64,000 nt of DNA from Candidatus Omnitrophota bacterium (GCA_018823705.1 JAHJHP010000031.1:1982-65981); one strand, 5' to 3'; numbered from the stretch's first letter, positions 1 to 9,761 are shown. Translations and numbers: made by a program. Notes: a model not told the origin generated them from the sequence alone.

Positions 1-1480
1 CATCATGGTAAATTGTAATCCCGAAACTGTCTCCACTGATTATGATACGTCCAATAAGCTGTATTTTGAGCCGCTCACCGTTGAAGACGTGCTTACCATC
101 TACCGTAAAGAGAAACCGGACGGTGTGATAGTCCAGTTTGGCGGGCAGACCCCTCTCAATATAGCTCAGGAGCTTCAGGATAATGGCGTAAAAATAATCG
201 GCACGAATCCCGAGAGCATAGCCTTTGCCGAAGACCGCGAGCTCTTCCGTAAAAAGATGATATTGCTCGGCATACGTCAGACGGATGGCGCCACAGCGTT
301 CTGTATTGAAGAGGCTCTCGAGATCGCGAAGAAGATAGGATATCCGCTTATGGTCCGCCCGTCATTTGTGCTCGGCGGGCGAGGTATGGACATAATACAT
401 GACGAAGATATGCTATCTACCTACGCCAGAGAAGCTATCAGGGTCAGCCCGGAATATCCGATGCTTCTCGACCGGTTCCTTGAGAATGCCCTTGAATGTG
501 AAGTCGATGCGCTTTCCGATGGGGAAGAGGTATTTGTGACGGCGGTCATGGAGCATATCGAGCAGGCCGGCATCCATTCCGGCGATTCGGCGTGTTCCAT
601 TCCTGCGCGTACGATCAAGCCGGAGCATATTAAGACGATCGAGAAGTATACGGTAGTGATCGCGAAAGAATTGAAGGTAATGGGCCTGATCAATATCCAA
701 TTTGCCATCTGCGATGACGTCGTATATATACTTGAGGCCAACCCCCGCGCTTCAAGGACGGTGCCGTTTGTCTCCAAGATAATAGGCATGCCCATAGCGC
801 GTATCGCCACACAGCTTATGCTTGGTAAGAAGATAAAGGATTTCCCCGAATTACGCCATCAATCACGCGATTATGTCGGCGTAAAAGAGGCGGTCTTTCC
901 GTTCAACATGTTCCCGGAAGTCGATCCGGTGCTGGGCCCCGAGATGAGGGCTACCGGTGAGGTGATGGGGATCGACCGGACATTCGGACTTGCTTTTTAC
1001 AAAGCCCAGGAAGCTGCGGGGAATCCGCTTCCGCGCGAAGGGAGCGTCCTGGTCACTGTAGCCGACGAAAACAAAGCGGAGCTCCTGCCGATAGCCAAAC
1101 GGCTGGTGAAACTGGGGTTCACGCTGCACGCGACCGAGCATACCTGCGAATATCTGAAGAAAAAAGGCGTTTCGTCATCGCTGATCAATAAGATGTATGA
1201 AGAAAGGCCGAATATTGAAGATGCGATAAAGAATAGACAGGTCCACCTGATCATCAATACTCCTTCCGGCAGGTTTGGGAAGCGGGACGATAGCTATATC
1301 AGGATGATGGCGATCCAATACAAGGTGCCTTATTTTACGACGATGGCAGGCGCGGAAGCGAGTGTCGAAGGAATAGAAGAGATGAGTAAAGGCCGGAGCG
1401 AACCGGTTTCATTGCAGGAGTACCATGCCCGGAAGATAGCGGCGGATCAGGGAAAGAAAGCGCTTAGCGCCAAAACATAA
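1..1480 (+). CDS. carB: carbamoyl-phosphate synthase large subunit, C-terminal portion (5' partial; starts upstream of window)
   Basis: ORF 5..1480 translation matches the CarB second ATP-grasp half plus MGS-like domain (VIVQFGGQTPLNIA, IQFAICDDVVYILEANPRASRTVPFVSK). No start codon inside the window. Confidence 0.9.
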   Translation, partial: IMVNCNPETVSTDYDTSNKLYFEPLTVEDVLTIYRKEKPDGVIVQFGGQTPLNIAQELQDNGVKIIGTNPESIAFAEDRELFRKKMILLGIRQTDGATAFCIEEALEIAKKIGYPLMVRPSFVLGGRGMDIIHDEDMLSTYAREAIRVSPEYPMLLDRFLENALECEVDALSDGEEVFVTAVMEHIEQAGIHSGDSACSIPARTIKPEHIKTIEKYTVVIAKELKVMGLINIQFAICDDVVYILEANPRASRTVPFVSKIIGMPIARIATQLMLGKKIKDFPELRHQSRDYVGVKEAVFPFNMFPEVDPVLGPEMRATGEVMGIDRTFGLAFYKAQEAAGNPLPREGSVLVTVADENKAELLPIAKRLVKLGFTLHATEHTCEYLKKKGVSSSLINKMYEERPNIEDAIKNRQVHLIINTPSGRFGKRDDSYIRMMAIQYKVPYFTTMAGAEASVEGIEEMSKGRSEPVSLQEYHARKIAADQGKKALSAKT

Positions 1481-1538
1481 ATACCGTTTATCTGAAAGCT
1501 TAAACGTGGTTTCCGTAAATTAAGGAGGCGGTTAAAAA

Positions 1539-2729
1539 ATGAAAAAAATATTAGTGATAGCAGGATGTATTATCTTTTGCCTCCTGGCCGCACTGATGAT
1601 CAGGAAGGCGCTGCCCCCCGCTGAAGAGATAGTGTATGATCAGGCTAATAAGGTATTCATGGTGAAGGGAGACGTGAAGATCAGAAGAGCCGAAAACCCG
1701 TCATCTTTGCAGGACATGAAAGTTTCGGCGATATTAAAAAAAGGCGATATATTGGAAACCTCCAAAGATTCCGCGGTGGAAATAGTGATCGGCGAAAATG
1801 TCGATAAAGCGGTAAAGCTGGGAGAGAATAGCCGCCTGGAGTTTCAGGATATTAACCCTGCGCATCTGAACCTTTCAAGGGGAAAAGTACGCGTGACATT
1901 AAAAAAATTGGAACCCAAGTCTTCGTTTACCGTAAAGACGCCTACGGCGATATCCGGCGCAAGAGCGACAGCGTGGTCGGCGGAGGTAATCGGCAACAAG
2001 ACCAAAATTTGCGTATTTGAAAGCGACGTATTGGTGCGCGGAATAGATGCCGCAGGAAAGCCTAACACGAAAAGATATATTACCGGTGAAGGGACGGAGC
2101 GGGAGGTCGAAAGAGGCAAACCCGTAAGCGCGGCCAAAAAGATATCGGAAATTGATATGCAGGACTGGCAATATTGGGATAAGAACATCTCGTTCCTCAG
2201 GGAAGGCAAAATATTGGTGGACGATTTTAGCAAAAAAGAGAATTTCAATAATCTTAGCGGCCCCCTGGGCTCCTGGAACGTATTTTATTCCGATCCAAAC
2301 CAGCAATGTAAAGATGAGTTTACCGACCTGGAAAGAGTAGGAGACAGCGGATACGGCCTGAAATTGACGTATGACGTCGATTCGCCATTTTCCGCCTATA
2401 ACGGTTTCTTTACAAGCCTTATGGGAATAGACCTGACGGATTATAGATATCTCGTCTTCTCCATAAAAGGGGATAAGAAGGCGGGCTTTACGACGACATT
2501 GAATATTGAGTTAAAGAATAAGAATCAGATAGGCAGGATGTCCATAGACGGCATAACGGATGAATGGGAAAAGATAACAGTTCCTCTGGGACAGTTCGTG
2601 GGCATAAATGATTTTAAGGACATGAAGGAATTCGTGATAGTATTCAGCGATATAAATGCCACTAAGAAAGAGGGTGTCGTGTATATAGACGACATCTATT
2701 TCGCAAAGCCGGAAGCTCCCGGTCAGTAA
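1539..2729 (+). CDS. secreted FecR-domain protein with C-terminal beta-rich (possible carbohydrate-binding) domain
   Basis: Signal peptide/TM at N-terminus. FecR-like motif (FTVKTPTAISGARATAWSAEV). RBS ggagg at ~1523. Confidence 0.5.
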   Translation: MKKILVIAGCIIFCLLAALMIRKALPPAEEIVYDQANKVFMVKGDVKIRRAENPSSLQDMKVSAILKKGDILETSKDSAVEIVIGENVDKAVKLGENSRLEFQDINPAHLNLSRGKVRVTLKKLEPKSSFTVKTPTAISGARATAWSAEVIGNKTKICVFESDVLVRGIDAAGKPNTKRYITGEGTEREVERGKPVSAAKKISEIDMQDWQYWDKNISFLREGKILVDDFSKKENFNNLSGPLGSWNVFYSDPNQQCKDEFTDLERVGDSGYGLKLTYDVDSPFSAYNGFFTSLMGIDLTDYRYLVFSIKGDKKAGFTTTLNIELKNKNQIGRMSIDGITDEWEKITVPLGQFVGINDFKDMKEFVIVFSDINATKKEGVVYIDDIYFAKPEAPGQ

Positions 2730-2733
2730 AGAC

Positions 2734-2773
2734 AAAAAACCCTACATACACCAAATGCGTTGTAGGGTTTTTT
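2734..2773. terminator. bidirectional rho-independent terminator shared by convergent genes
   Basis: A-run, stem ccctaca / tgtaggg, then T-run (aaaaaaccctacatacaccaaatgcgttgtagggtttttt). Confidence 0.65.
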
Positions 2774-2788
2774 AGAAGCGGCAACTGA

Positions 2789-3253
2789 CTATTCTTCGAC
2801 CGCTTCAACCTTTACGTTAAACGTGGTGCCTCTGACGCCCACGATAGATGTCGGGGTCTTCACCTCAAACCTTGAATTCTCGCTATGCACTTTCTGTGCT
2901 TTTATCATGACTTCGCCCATAGCCAGATCCAGAAGCGTCTGTGACGTGTCTGTCGCAGGATCAGCTCTTAATTCAGAGATCGACAACTCGGAGCCGCTCT
3001 TTACCTCTACGGTGGCTATCTTGCCGTCATCGAGATTCAGAAGCGCCGATGATCCCGCGGACGTCTTCATGGTATCTCCCTCACTTAATACCATTCCGAC
3101 GGTGGCCGGAGACCAGGCACTTTGCCCGGACTGTCTCATCTCAGCCGTTCCGTTTATACTCATGACCTGCGCGTTACGTTTTTCCACCGCGTAACCGGCT
3201 GTGGCGATACCTAATACCAGCACCATAATGCAAGCTAACCTTAATATTTTCAT
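2789..3253 (-). CDS. FecR-domain protein, secreted
   Basis: N-terminal signal peptide. FecR-like core (FEVKTPTSIVGVRGTTFNV). Only convincing minus-strand gene in the window. Confidence 0.55.
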   Translation of the reverse strand: MKILRLACIMVLVLGIATAGYAVEKRNAQVMSINGTAEMRQSGQSAWSPATVGMVLSEGDTMKTSAGSSALLNLDDGKIATVEVKSGSELSISELRADPATDTSQTLLDLAMGEVMIKAQKVHSENSRFEVKTPTSIVGVRGTTFNVKVEAVEE

Positions 3254-3464
3254 CTTGTCACCTCCAGTTTAAATATACCCGAAAATACACTAAAAGTCAA
3301 TGGACGGAGTTACTAATATATTTCTGTTAGGCATTGATTAAAAGTCAGATTTAGTGTAGACTCTAACTAAAATATGGTCTCAAATCACGATGGTTTTATG
3401 CGGCAATTTTCTTAATGTTAGAGAATAAAAAGTATGCGACATTTCAAGGTTTAAAAGAGAAGGC

Positions 3465-4538
3465 ATGCTGATGAAAAGAATAACGATATTGTCCGCGTTT
3501 ATAGTCATAATTTTGTTCACGCGCACGGCTGTAATGGCTCAGGAAACTGCCGGGAGTGACGCGCAGAAATCGGCGAAGACAAAGAACGCGATAAGCTGGC
3601 AGTCGATAGGCCAGAAGATGAAAGAATACAAAGGAATTTTGAAGGAGATCGTCAGTGATGCCGAGAAGAGCCTTAAAAAGATGGAAGAAGAATCTAAGGC
3701 CCGTGAGAGTGAAAAAGCGATGAAGGAAGCCGCCAAAAAGGCGAATGCGGAAGCTATCAAAAAAGCGGCGAAAAAAGCAGCTAAAAAGAAGGCCGCGGAT
3801 GAAGTCGTCGTGAAGGCTAATAAGGCAGCTGAAAAGAAGGCCGCGAAAGAGGCCATCGCGAAGGCAAAGAAGGCCGAGAAAGAAGCCGCCGCGAAGGCAA
3901 AGAAGGCCGAGAAAGAGGCCATCGCGAAGGCAAAGAAAGCCGAGAAAGAGGCCATCGCGAAGGCAAAGAAAGCCGAGAAAGAGGCCGCCGCGCAGGCAAA
4001 GAAAGCCGAGAAAGAGGCCGCCGCGCAGGCAAAGAAGGCTGCCAGGCAGAAGGCCACGGATGAAGCCGCCGCGAAGGCTGCCAGAGAGATTGAAAGGAAA
4101 AGGTCGGAAGAAGCCGCTATAATGGCGAAGAGTGCGTCAAGATTAAAAATCACGGAGCCCACTCAGGAGCCCCGCCTGTTACCTGCTACTAGACGTCCTG
4201 TGAAAAAACCCAGAGCGGTAAGAGAGGTAAAAAAAGAGAGCTCCGCGTCAACCGCTAAAAGTTCAGTAGACGCTAGGAGGCTTACACCTACAGAATTGGT
4301 TATAATTCCGGTGACGCATGTGAGGAAAAGACACTTGATCGATAGGCCTTCACCGGAAGCTCAGATGATCGTTGCCAGTGAAGAAGTCTCCGCTATATAC
4401 AGGGATGCGGTAGCGCTTTACTGGGATAATAAATACAGCGATGCTAAAGCGAAGTTCGAACAAGTCCAAAAGGCATTGCCTGAATATGCGCGCACGAGCT
4501 ACTATCTGAGGCGCGTCAAGGAAAAGCTAAGTAAGTGA
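3465..4538 (+). CDS. membrane-anchored Lys/Ala/Glu-rich tandem-repeat protein (TolA-domain-II-like helical region plus Pro-rich linker plus C-terminal globular domain)
   Basis: N-terminal hydrophobic segment. About six copies of an 11-aa unit (KAKKAEKEAIA/AAA), followed by a PTQEPRLLPATRRPVKKP linker. Confidence 0.5.
   Translation: MLMKRITILSAFIVIILFTRTAVMAQETAGSDAQKSAKTKNAISWQSIGQKMKEYKGILKEIVSDAEKSLKKMEEESKARESEKAMKEAAKKANAEAIKKAAKKAAKKKAADEVVVKANKAAEKKAAKEAIAKAKKAEKEAAAKAKKAEKEAIAKAKKAEKEAIAKAKKAEKEAAAQAKKAEKEAAAQAKKAARQKATDEAAAKAAREIERKRSEEAAIMAKSASRLKITEPTQEPRLLPATRRPVKKPRAVREVKKESSASTAKSSVDARRLTPTELVIIPVTHVRKRHLIDRPSPEAQMIVASEEVSAIYRDAVALYWDNKYSDAKAKFEQVQKALPEYARTSYYLRRVKEKLSK
3850..4060 (+). 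repeat. 33-nt in-frame tandem repeat (about 6 copies) inside the CDS
   Basis: Repeating gcgaaggcaaagaaRgccgagaaagaRgcc... units encoding the KAKKAEKEA(I/A)A repeats. Confidence 0.8.
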
Positions 4539-4554
4539 TTAGTTATTAGGACGT

Positions 4555-4800
4555 ATTAGGGGACGTGTCACTTTGGCCTGCCTGCCTGCGACCTGTTTAC
4601 CAGCAGGCAGGCAGGGACACTCCACTTTTTGTAAATTATCCATAACTACCGGCAAATTAACTATAAGTAGCCCAGGTTACTATTGTTATCAGCAGTAGGG
4701 GAGGTTTACCTGCCCGCCCGCAGCCGTATTCTTGCGAGCAGGCGGGAACCTCCCCTACCATAGGTCTTCCCGCTCGCCTCCCCCAAAGTGACACGTCCCC
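4555..4800. mobile_element. MITE-like non-autonomous element, copy 1 (terminal inverted repeats ATTAGGGGACGTGTCACTTTGG ... CCAAAGTGACACGTCCCC) with internal nested hairpins
   Basis: Left end at 4555-4576 is the reverse complement of the right end at 4783-4800. Same termini as the element at 48349-48463. Contains internal GC-rich hairpins (cctgcctgcctgc...gcaggcaggcagg; ggggaggtttacctgcccgcc...ggcgggaacctcccc). Confidence 0.6.
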
Positions 4801-4907
4801 TTTAGCCTTGAGTTTAAGTTGGTTATTTGATAATATAAACGCAAGCTCGCCGGCACGATAAAGGCAATAGCACAGAAATATTGGCGCTAACATTTAGGAG
4901 AGTTGCG

Positions 4908-5387
4908 ATGAAGACGATGATTACATATTATTCGTTCAGTGGCAATACCGACAAGGTAGCGAAGATCTTTGCCGAAGCATTGAAAGCGAAGGGAGAGGTC
5001 TCCATGCAAAGGCTTAAACCCGCGGATGAGATCACCGCTTTTTCCGCCCAGTGCCGCGCGGCGTTTACAAGAAAGCGCGCGGAGCTTGGCCCCGGAGTGA
5101 ATTTTGACATGAGCCCGTTTGATCTTGTGATACTTGGCTGTCCCGTCTGGGCATTCGCTCCCGTTCCCGCTATGAACAGCTACCTTGATAAGGTGAACGG
5201 TTTGCATGGCAAACGCGTTCTGATCTTTTTGACCTCCGGCAGCGGGCTCGGAGTCGGCAGATGCTTTAAAAACATAAGAGAGGCTTTGCGTAGTAAGGGA
5301 GCTTCTTCCATAGAGGATATAAATATTCCCGACCGGAAACAGGGTGACACCGGATTTATAACCGCGTCCATTTCGAAGTTCCTGTAG
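4908..5387 (+). CDS. flavodoxin-like domain protein
   Basis: MKTMITYYSFSGNTDKVAKIFAEAL is a flavodoxin-type phosphate-binding loop. RBS aggagag 4894-4900. Start chosen at the ATG 7 nt downstream of the RBS rather than the track start. Confidence 0.6.
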   Translation: MKTMITYYSFSGNTDKVAKIFAEALKAKGEVSMQRLKPADEITAFSAQCRAAFTRKRAELGPGVNFDMSPFDLVILGCPVWAFAPVPAMNSYLDKVNGLHGKRVLIFLTSGSGLGVGRCFKNIREALRSKGASSIEDINIPDRKQGDTGFITASISKFL

Positions 5388-5403
5388 CGAAAGGCCCCGT
5401 ATA

Positions 5404-6435
5404 ATGCGCGTTGCGATGTATTATGCCAATGATGATGTCAGGCTCGAGGAGATGGTTAATCCCGTTATAGGCGAGGGCGAACTTCTAGTCCGCGTTGAGG
5501 CTTCCGGCATCTGCGGCAGTGATGTCATGGAATGGTACAGAATCCACCGGGTGCCGTTGGTGCTCGGTCACGAGATCGCGGGTACTGTCGCTTGCGTGGG
5601 TAAAGGCGTAGCGCGCTTCAAGGCAGGTGATCGGGTTGCCGTAGCTCACCATGTGCCGTGCCTGAAGTGCCGTTACTGCATGGATGGCCACGAGACGGCC
5701 TGCGAGACTCTGCGCAAGACCAATTTTGATCCGGGCGGATTCAGCGAATATGTGAGAGTGCCGAAGATCAATGTCGAAAAGGGGGTATTTGCGCTCCCCG
5801 ATAAAGTCTCGTTCGAGGATGCCACATTCATAGAGCCGCTCGCCTGTGTCCTGCGCGGCCAGCGCCTGGCAAAAATTAAAAAAGGCAAGACCGTTCTCGT
5901 AGTGGGAAGCGGTATCTCAGGGCTTCTCCACATAAAGGCTGCGCGCGCTGAAGGCGCCGGGCGCATATTCGCGACCGACATTTCAGATTTCAGGCTTGAG
6001 TGCGCGAGAAGGTCCGGCGCGGATCACGCCATAAACGCGGCGGAATACAGTCCTGCCATGCTTAGTCAACTGAACGGTGGATATCTTGCCGACTTTGTGA
6101 TAATCTGCGCCAGCGCTGCCGAAGCATTCGAGCAGGGGATCAGGTCGGTCGAGCGCGGGGGCACCATACTGATATTTTCAGCCGCCGCGGGCAAGGATGC
6201 GCTCATTCCGGTGCCGACTAACGATATATTCTGGCGCAATGAGGTGACGGTTACAAGCTCTTACGCCGGGAGCCCGCAAGACCACCTTAATGCTTTAGAT
6301 AAGATATGCCTTGAAAAAATAAGAGTATGTGATATGATAACGCACCGGTTTAAGCTGGACGAGACAGGGCTGGGATTTAAACTTGTCGCGGAAGCAAAAG
6401 AGTCGATGAAAATTATAATCCAACCACAACGATAA
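5404..6435 (+). CDS. zinc-dependent alcohol/threonine dehydrogenase family (MDR) protein
   Basis: GICGSDVMEW...GHEIAG catalytic Zn motif. C-x2-C-x2-C-x7-C structural Zn motif. GxGxxG Rossmann fold. Confidence 0.8.
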   Translation: MRVAMYYANDDVRLEEMVNPVIGEGELLVRVEASGICGSDVMEWYRIHRVPLVLGHEIAGTVACVGKGVARFKAGDRVAVAHHVPCLKCRYCMDGHETACETLRKTNFDPGGFSEYVRVPKINVEKGVFALPDKVSFEDATFIEPLACVLRGQRLAKIKKGKTVLVVGSGISGLLHIKAARAEGAGRIFATDISDFRLECARRSGADHAINAAEYSPAMLSQLNGGYLADFVIICASAAEAFEQGIRSVERGGTILIFSAAAGKDALIPVPTNDIFWRNEVTVTSSYAGSPQDHLNALDKICLEKIRVCDMITHRFKLDETGLGFKLVAEAKESMKIIIQPQR

Positions 6436-6452
6436 TAACCGATAAGGACATT

Positions 6453-8228
6453 ATGGCGACACCTCTGGAGAGATGGGTAGACAAAATAGCGAAGATCACA
6501 AAGCCCGACAAGATTTATTGGTGCGATGGCTCTGAAGAAGAAGCGCGTCGTCTCGTCGAGATCGGTATTAAAGAAGAGAAGATAGTGGGCACTCCCATCT
6601 TCAGGGAGCTGAACCAGAAGACCTTCCCCAACAGTTATTACCACCGCAGCCATCCGACAGACGTTGCCCGCACAGAACACCTTACGTTCGTCTGCCATCC
6701 GGATAAGGAGACGGCGGGAGCTAACAATAACTGGATGGACCCGAAAGAGGCTAAGGAGAAGATGACAAAGCTCTCCGACGGCTGCATGCGCGGGAGGACT
6801 ATGTACGTCCTTCCGTATATGATGGGACACCCGCAATCACCATACGCCAAAGCCTGTATACAATTAACGGATGTTTCGTATGTCGCGGTGAGCATGCGCA
6901 TCATGACGCGCATGTCCAGGTACTCCATTGCGAAGATCGGCGACAGCGAGAACTTTGTTAAAGGCATACATTCGGTCGGAGATTTTGATCCCGAGAAGCG
7001 TTTTGTGATGCATTTTCCGGACGAGCAGCTGGTATGGTCGATAGGTTCCGGCTACGGAGGCAATGCCCTTCTCGGCAAGAAGTGTTTCAGCCTGCGCATC
7101 GCGTCGTGGCTCGGTAAACAGGAGGGATGGATAGCCGAGCATATGGTCATCATGGGGATACAGGATCCCTCCGGCAAGACGACTTATATAACCGCCGCGC
7201 TCCCGAGCGCCTGCGGTAAGACGAATTTAGCGATGCTCGAGAGCGCTCTTCCCGGCTACAAGATATGGACGCTTGGTGATGATATTGCCTGGCTCAATGT
7301 AGGATCCGATGGCAGGCTATGGGCGATCAATCCCGAGACGGGGTTTTTCGGTGTCGCGCCGGGCACATCGATGAAGACCAATCCCAATATGATGCGGACC
7401 CTGCTGAAAGGGACATTCTTTCCGACGTTATTCACCAATACGGCTTTGAACGCCGATACGAACGAGCCGTGGTGGGAGGGCATTGATGGCGAGTGTCCGG
7501 CAAACCTTATCGACTGGCTTGGCAACAAGTATGACCCGGCTTCCGGCAAGAAAGCGGCGCATCCGAACTCGCGCTTTACCGTTTCCGTTTCACAGTGTCC
7601 CAATCTTTCAAAAGAGTTCGATAATCCCAGAGGAGTACCGATCTCAGCGATCCTCTTCGGAGGCAGGCGCGCGCATGTCGTGCCTCTGGTCACGGAGTCG
7701 AAGAGTTGGCAGCAGGGAGTCCTTTTAGGCGCGCTCATGGGCTCAGAGACGACAGCGGCAGCCAGCCATAAGGAGGGTGTTCTCAGGAGAGATCCGATGG
7801 CGATGCTCCCGTTCTGCGGCTATAATATGGGCGACTATTTCAGCCATTGGCTGGATATCGGCAGGAAGATGACCCGTCCTCCGAAGATATTCTCCATAAA
7901 CTGGTTCAGGACCGATGACCAGGGCAAATTTATATGGCCCGGTTTCGGGGATAATATTCGCGTATTCAAATGGATCATAGACAGAGTTAATAAGAACGTC
8001 GATGCCAGAAATACACCGATCGGATATCTGCCGAACATAAGTGACCTGGATCTGAAAGGGCTTTCTATGTCGAAGGAAAACATAGAGCGTTTATTCATCG
8101 TTAAGTCCGACGAGTGGTTGAAGGAGGCTGAGGCTGCCGAAGTTTTCTTCGGTAAATTCGGCAGTCGTATACCGAAGGCATTGACAGAAGAGCTGCGAAG
8201 TTTGAAGGCGAAATTACAGGGCTGCTAG
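6453..8228 (+). CDS. pckG: phosphoenolpyruvate carboxykinase (GTP)
   Basis: 591 aa, full-length similarity to GTP-PEPCK (kinase-1a region AALPSACGKTN, WMDP, FFGVAPGTS). Confidence 0.9.
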   Translation: MATPLERWVDKIAKITKPDKIYWCDGSEEEARRLVEIGIKEEKIVGTPIFRELNQKTFPNSYYHRSHPTDVARTEHLTFVCHPDKETAGANNNWMDPKEAKEKMTKLSDGCMRGRTMYVLPYMMGHPQSPYAKACIQLTDVSYVAVSMRIMTRMSRYSIAKIGDSENFVKGIHSVGDFDPEKRFVMHFPDEQLVWSIGSGYGGNALLGKKCFSLRIASWLGKQEGWIAEHMVIMGIQDPSGKTTYITAALPSACGKTNLAMLESALPGYKIWTLGDDIAWLNVGSDGRLWAINPETGFFGVAPGTSMKTNPNMMRTLLKGTFFPTLFTNTALNADTNEPWWEGIDGECPANLIDWLGNKYDPASGKKAAHPNSRFTVSVSQCPNLSKEFDNPRGVPISAILFGGRRAHVVPLVTESKSWQQGVLLGALMGSETTAAASHKEGVLRRDPMAMLPFCGYNMGDYFSHWLDIGRKMTRPPKIFSINWFRTDDQGKFIWPGFGDNIRVFKWIIDRVNKNVDARNTPIGYLPNISDLDLKGLSMSKENIERLFIVKSDEWLKEAEAAEVFFGKFGSRIPKALTEELRSLKAKLQGC

Positions 8229-8246
8229 GCGTTTTTTGGCAAATAA

Positions 8247-9044
8247 ATGCGGAGGAGCGATATGGACTGGGGAATGAAGAACAGGGTATCGAGGCTGATA
8301 AAGCCGAAGACCGGTAAAGCGGTTTGGCTCGCGATAGATCATGGATATTTTTTAGGGCCGGTATCGAAACTTGAAGATCCCGCGAAGACGATCAAACCGT
8401 TGATCCCTTATACGGATGCGTTGATGCTGACGCGGGGTATCTTAAGAAATTGCGTTGATGCCGGCCTGGAGATACCATTTTTACTGAGAGTATCCGGAGG
8501 TAACTCAATAGTCGGGCCCGCGCTATCCGACGAATCCATCCATACGTCTATGGAAGAAGCTCTCAGGCTGAATGCCTCCGCGGTGGCTTTTTCGGTCTAC
8601 GTGGGAAGCCAGCATGAGAACCAGACGCTCACATGTCTCGGCCAGCTCGTTAACGAAGGCCAGAGGTTCGGCATGCCGGTCCTTGCGGTAACCGCTGTGG
8701 GCAAGGAACTCGAGAAGAGAGACGCCCGATATCTGAGCCTCTCGTGCCGTATAGCCGCCGAGCTCGGCGCGCAGATCGTGAAGACATATTATTGCGATGA
8801 CTTTGAGAAGGTAGTTAAGTCATGCCCGGTGCCGGTGGTCGTAGCCGGAGGGCCGAAGCTTGACACCGAGATGGACGTGCTTGATCTCGCTCACGAAGCT
8901 GTGACGGCGGGCGCCAGGGGCGTAGATATGGGCCGCAACATATGGCAATCGAGTAACGCCGTCGGAATGATAAAGGCCATACGCTCGATCGTCCATGACG
9001 GTTCATCGGTAAAAGAAGCCGCTAAATTTCTCAATCAGAAGTAG
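8247..9044 (+). CDS. class I fructose-bisphosphate aldolase, DhnA/FbaB (archaeal-type) family
   Basis: DhnA-type aldolase motifs (LAIDHG, Schiff-base Lys in IVKTYY). Confidence 0.75.
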   Translation: MRRSDMDWGMKNRVSRLIKPKTGKAVWLAIDHGYFLGPVSKLEDPAKTIKPLIPYTDALMLTRGILRNCVDAGLEIPFLLRVSGGNSIVGPALSDESIHTSMEEALRLNASAVAFSVYVGSQHENQTLTCLGQLVNEGQRFGMPVLAVTAVGKELEKRDARYLSLSCRIAAELGAQIVKTYYCDDFEKVVKSCPVPVVVAGGPKLDTEMDVLDLAHEAVTAGARGVDMGRNIWQSSNAVGMIKAIRSIVHDGSSVKEAAKFLNQK

Positions 9045-9069
9045 ATGGGCCGCGCGCGGCAGATTTCGT

Positions 9070-9098
9070 TTGCTATTTAGCCGGTCGTCCCGTATAAT
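9070..9098 (+). promoter_or_regulatory. sigma70-like promoter (TTGCTA-17-TATAAT) upstream of lipoprotein gene
   Basis: Hexamers read directly from the sequence. RBS aaggagg follows. Confidence 0.45.
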
Positions 9099-9133
9099 TA
9101 ACAGCGATGGGTAAAAATTAAGGAGGTTAAGGA

Positions 9134-9643
9134 ATGAGCAGGAATAACCTAATCGGTTTAAGCATTATAGTTTTAGCGGCATTTAGTATTTCCGGATGCG
9201 GGACATCCCAGAAGAAAGTCCAGTCGGAGGTTACCGGTATTAAGACCAGGGTCGAGACTCTCGAGTCGAGAGTGGAAGGTGTCGAATCAAAACAGGCGGA
9301 TGTTGAGCGCATGACCGCCGAGCAGGCGCAGGCTCTTGATGATCTGAAATCCGTAAATATGCCCCAGCCCAATACAAATATAAGCATAAAACCCAGAGAG
9401 GGCGCGCGCGCCGGCAGGATGAAAGATATACAGCAGGCTCTTAAGAATGCGGGTTACTATGACGGTATGATCGACGGAGTAAAAGGTAAGGTCACGAAGA
9501 GGGCTATAAAAGATTTTCAGAAGTCCAATGGTCTCAAGGCTGATGGAGTGGTGGGCCGCAAGACATGGAACCTGCTCAGCGGTTATCTTTCAGCCGCGTC
9601 CGCAGTCCCGGCTTATCAGGGTGGGGACGAAGCCGTAAAATAA
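9134..9643 (+). CDS. lipoprotein with coiled-coil region and C-terminal peptidoglycan-binding (PG_binding_1-like) domain
   Basis: Lipobox LAAFSISGC. C-terminal IQQALKNAGYYDGMIDGVKGKVTKRAIKDFQKSNGLKADGVVGRKTW. Paralog of the 11466 gene. Confidence 0.7.
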   Translation: MSRNNLIGLSIIVLAAFSISGCGTSQKKVQSEVTGIKTRVETLESRVEGVESKQADVERMTAEQAQALDDLKSVNMPQPNTNISIKPREGARAGRMKDIQQALKNAGYYDGMIDGVKGKVTKRAIKDFQKSNGLKADGVVGRKTWNLLSGYLSAASAVPAYQGGDEAVK

Positions 9644-9699
9644 CGGATCGCTCTGGCTTATAACCAAGGGACAGAAGAGTTAAGGTGAAATTTTCCGTA

Positions 9700-9749
9700 C
9701 AAAGGGGCGCATCCTGGGCAATATAAGGGTTCGCCCCTTTCAAATTTTC
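9700..9749 (+). terminator. rho-independent terminator
   Basis: Stem aaaggggcg / cgccccttt followed by caaattttc. Confidence 0.55.
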
Positions 9750-9761
9750 AAGGAGGATGAG

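Noticed and set aside
3539-4162. Minus-strand ORFs (207 aa; and 71 aa with PLSRLSLP repeats) opposite the K/A/E repeat gene
   Set aside because: The repeat periodicity generates open frames on every strand. The + strand frame has the signal peptide, RBS and coherent domain structure. The others are artefacts.
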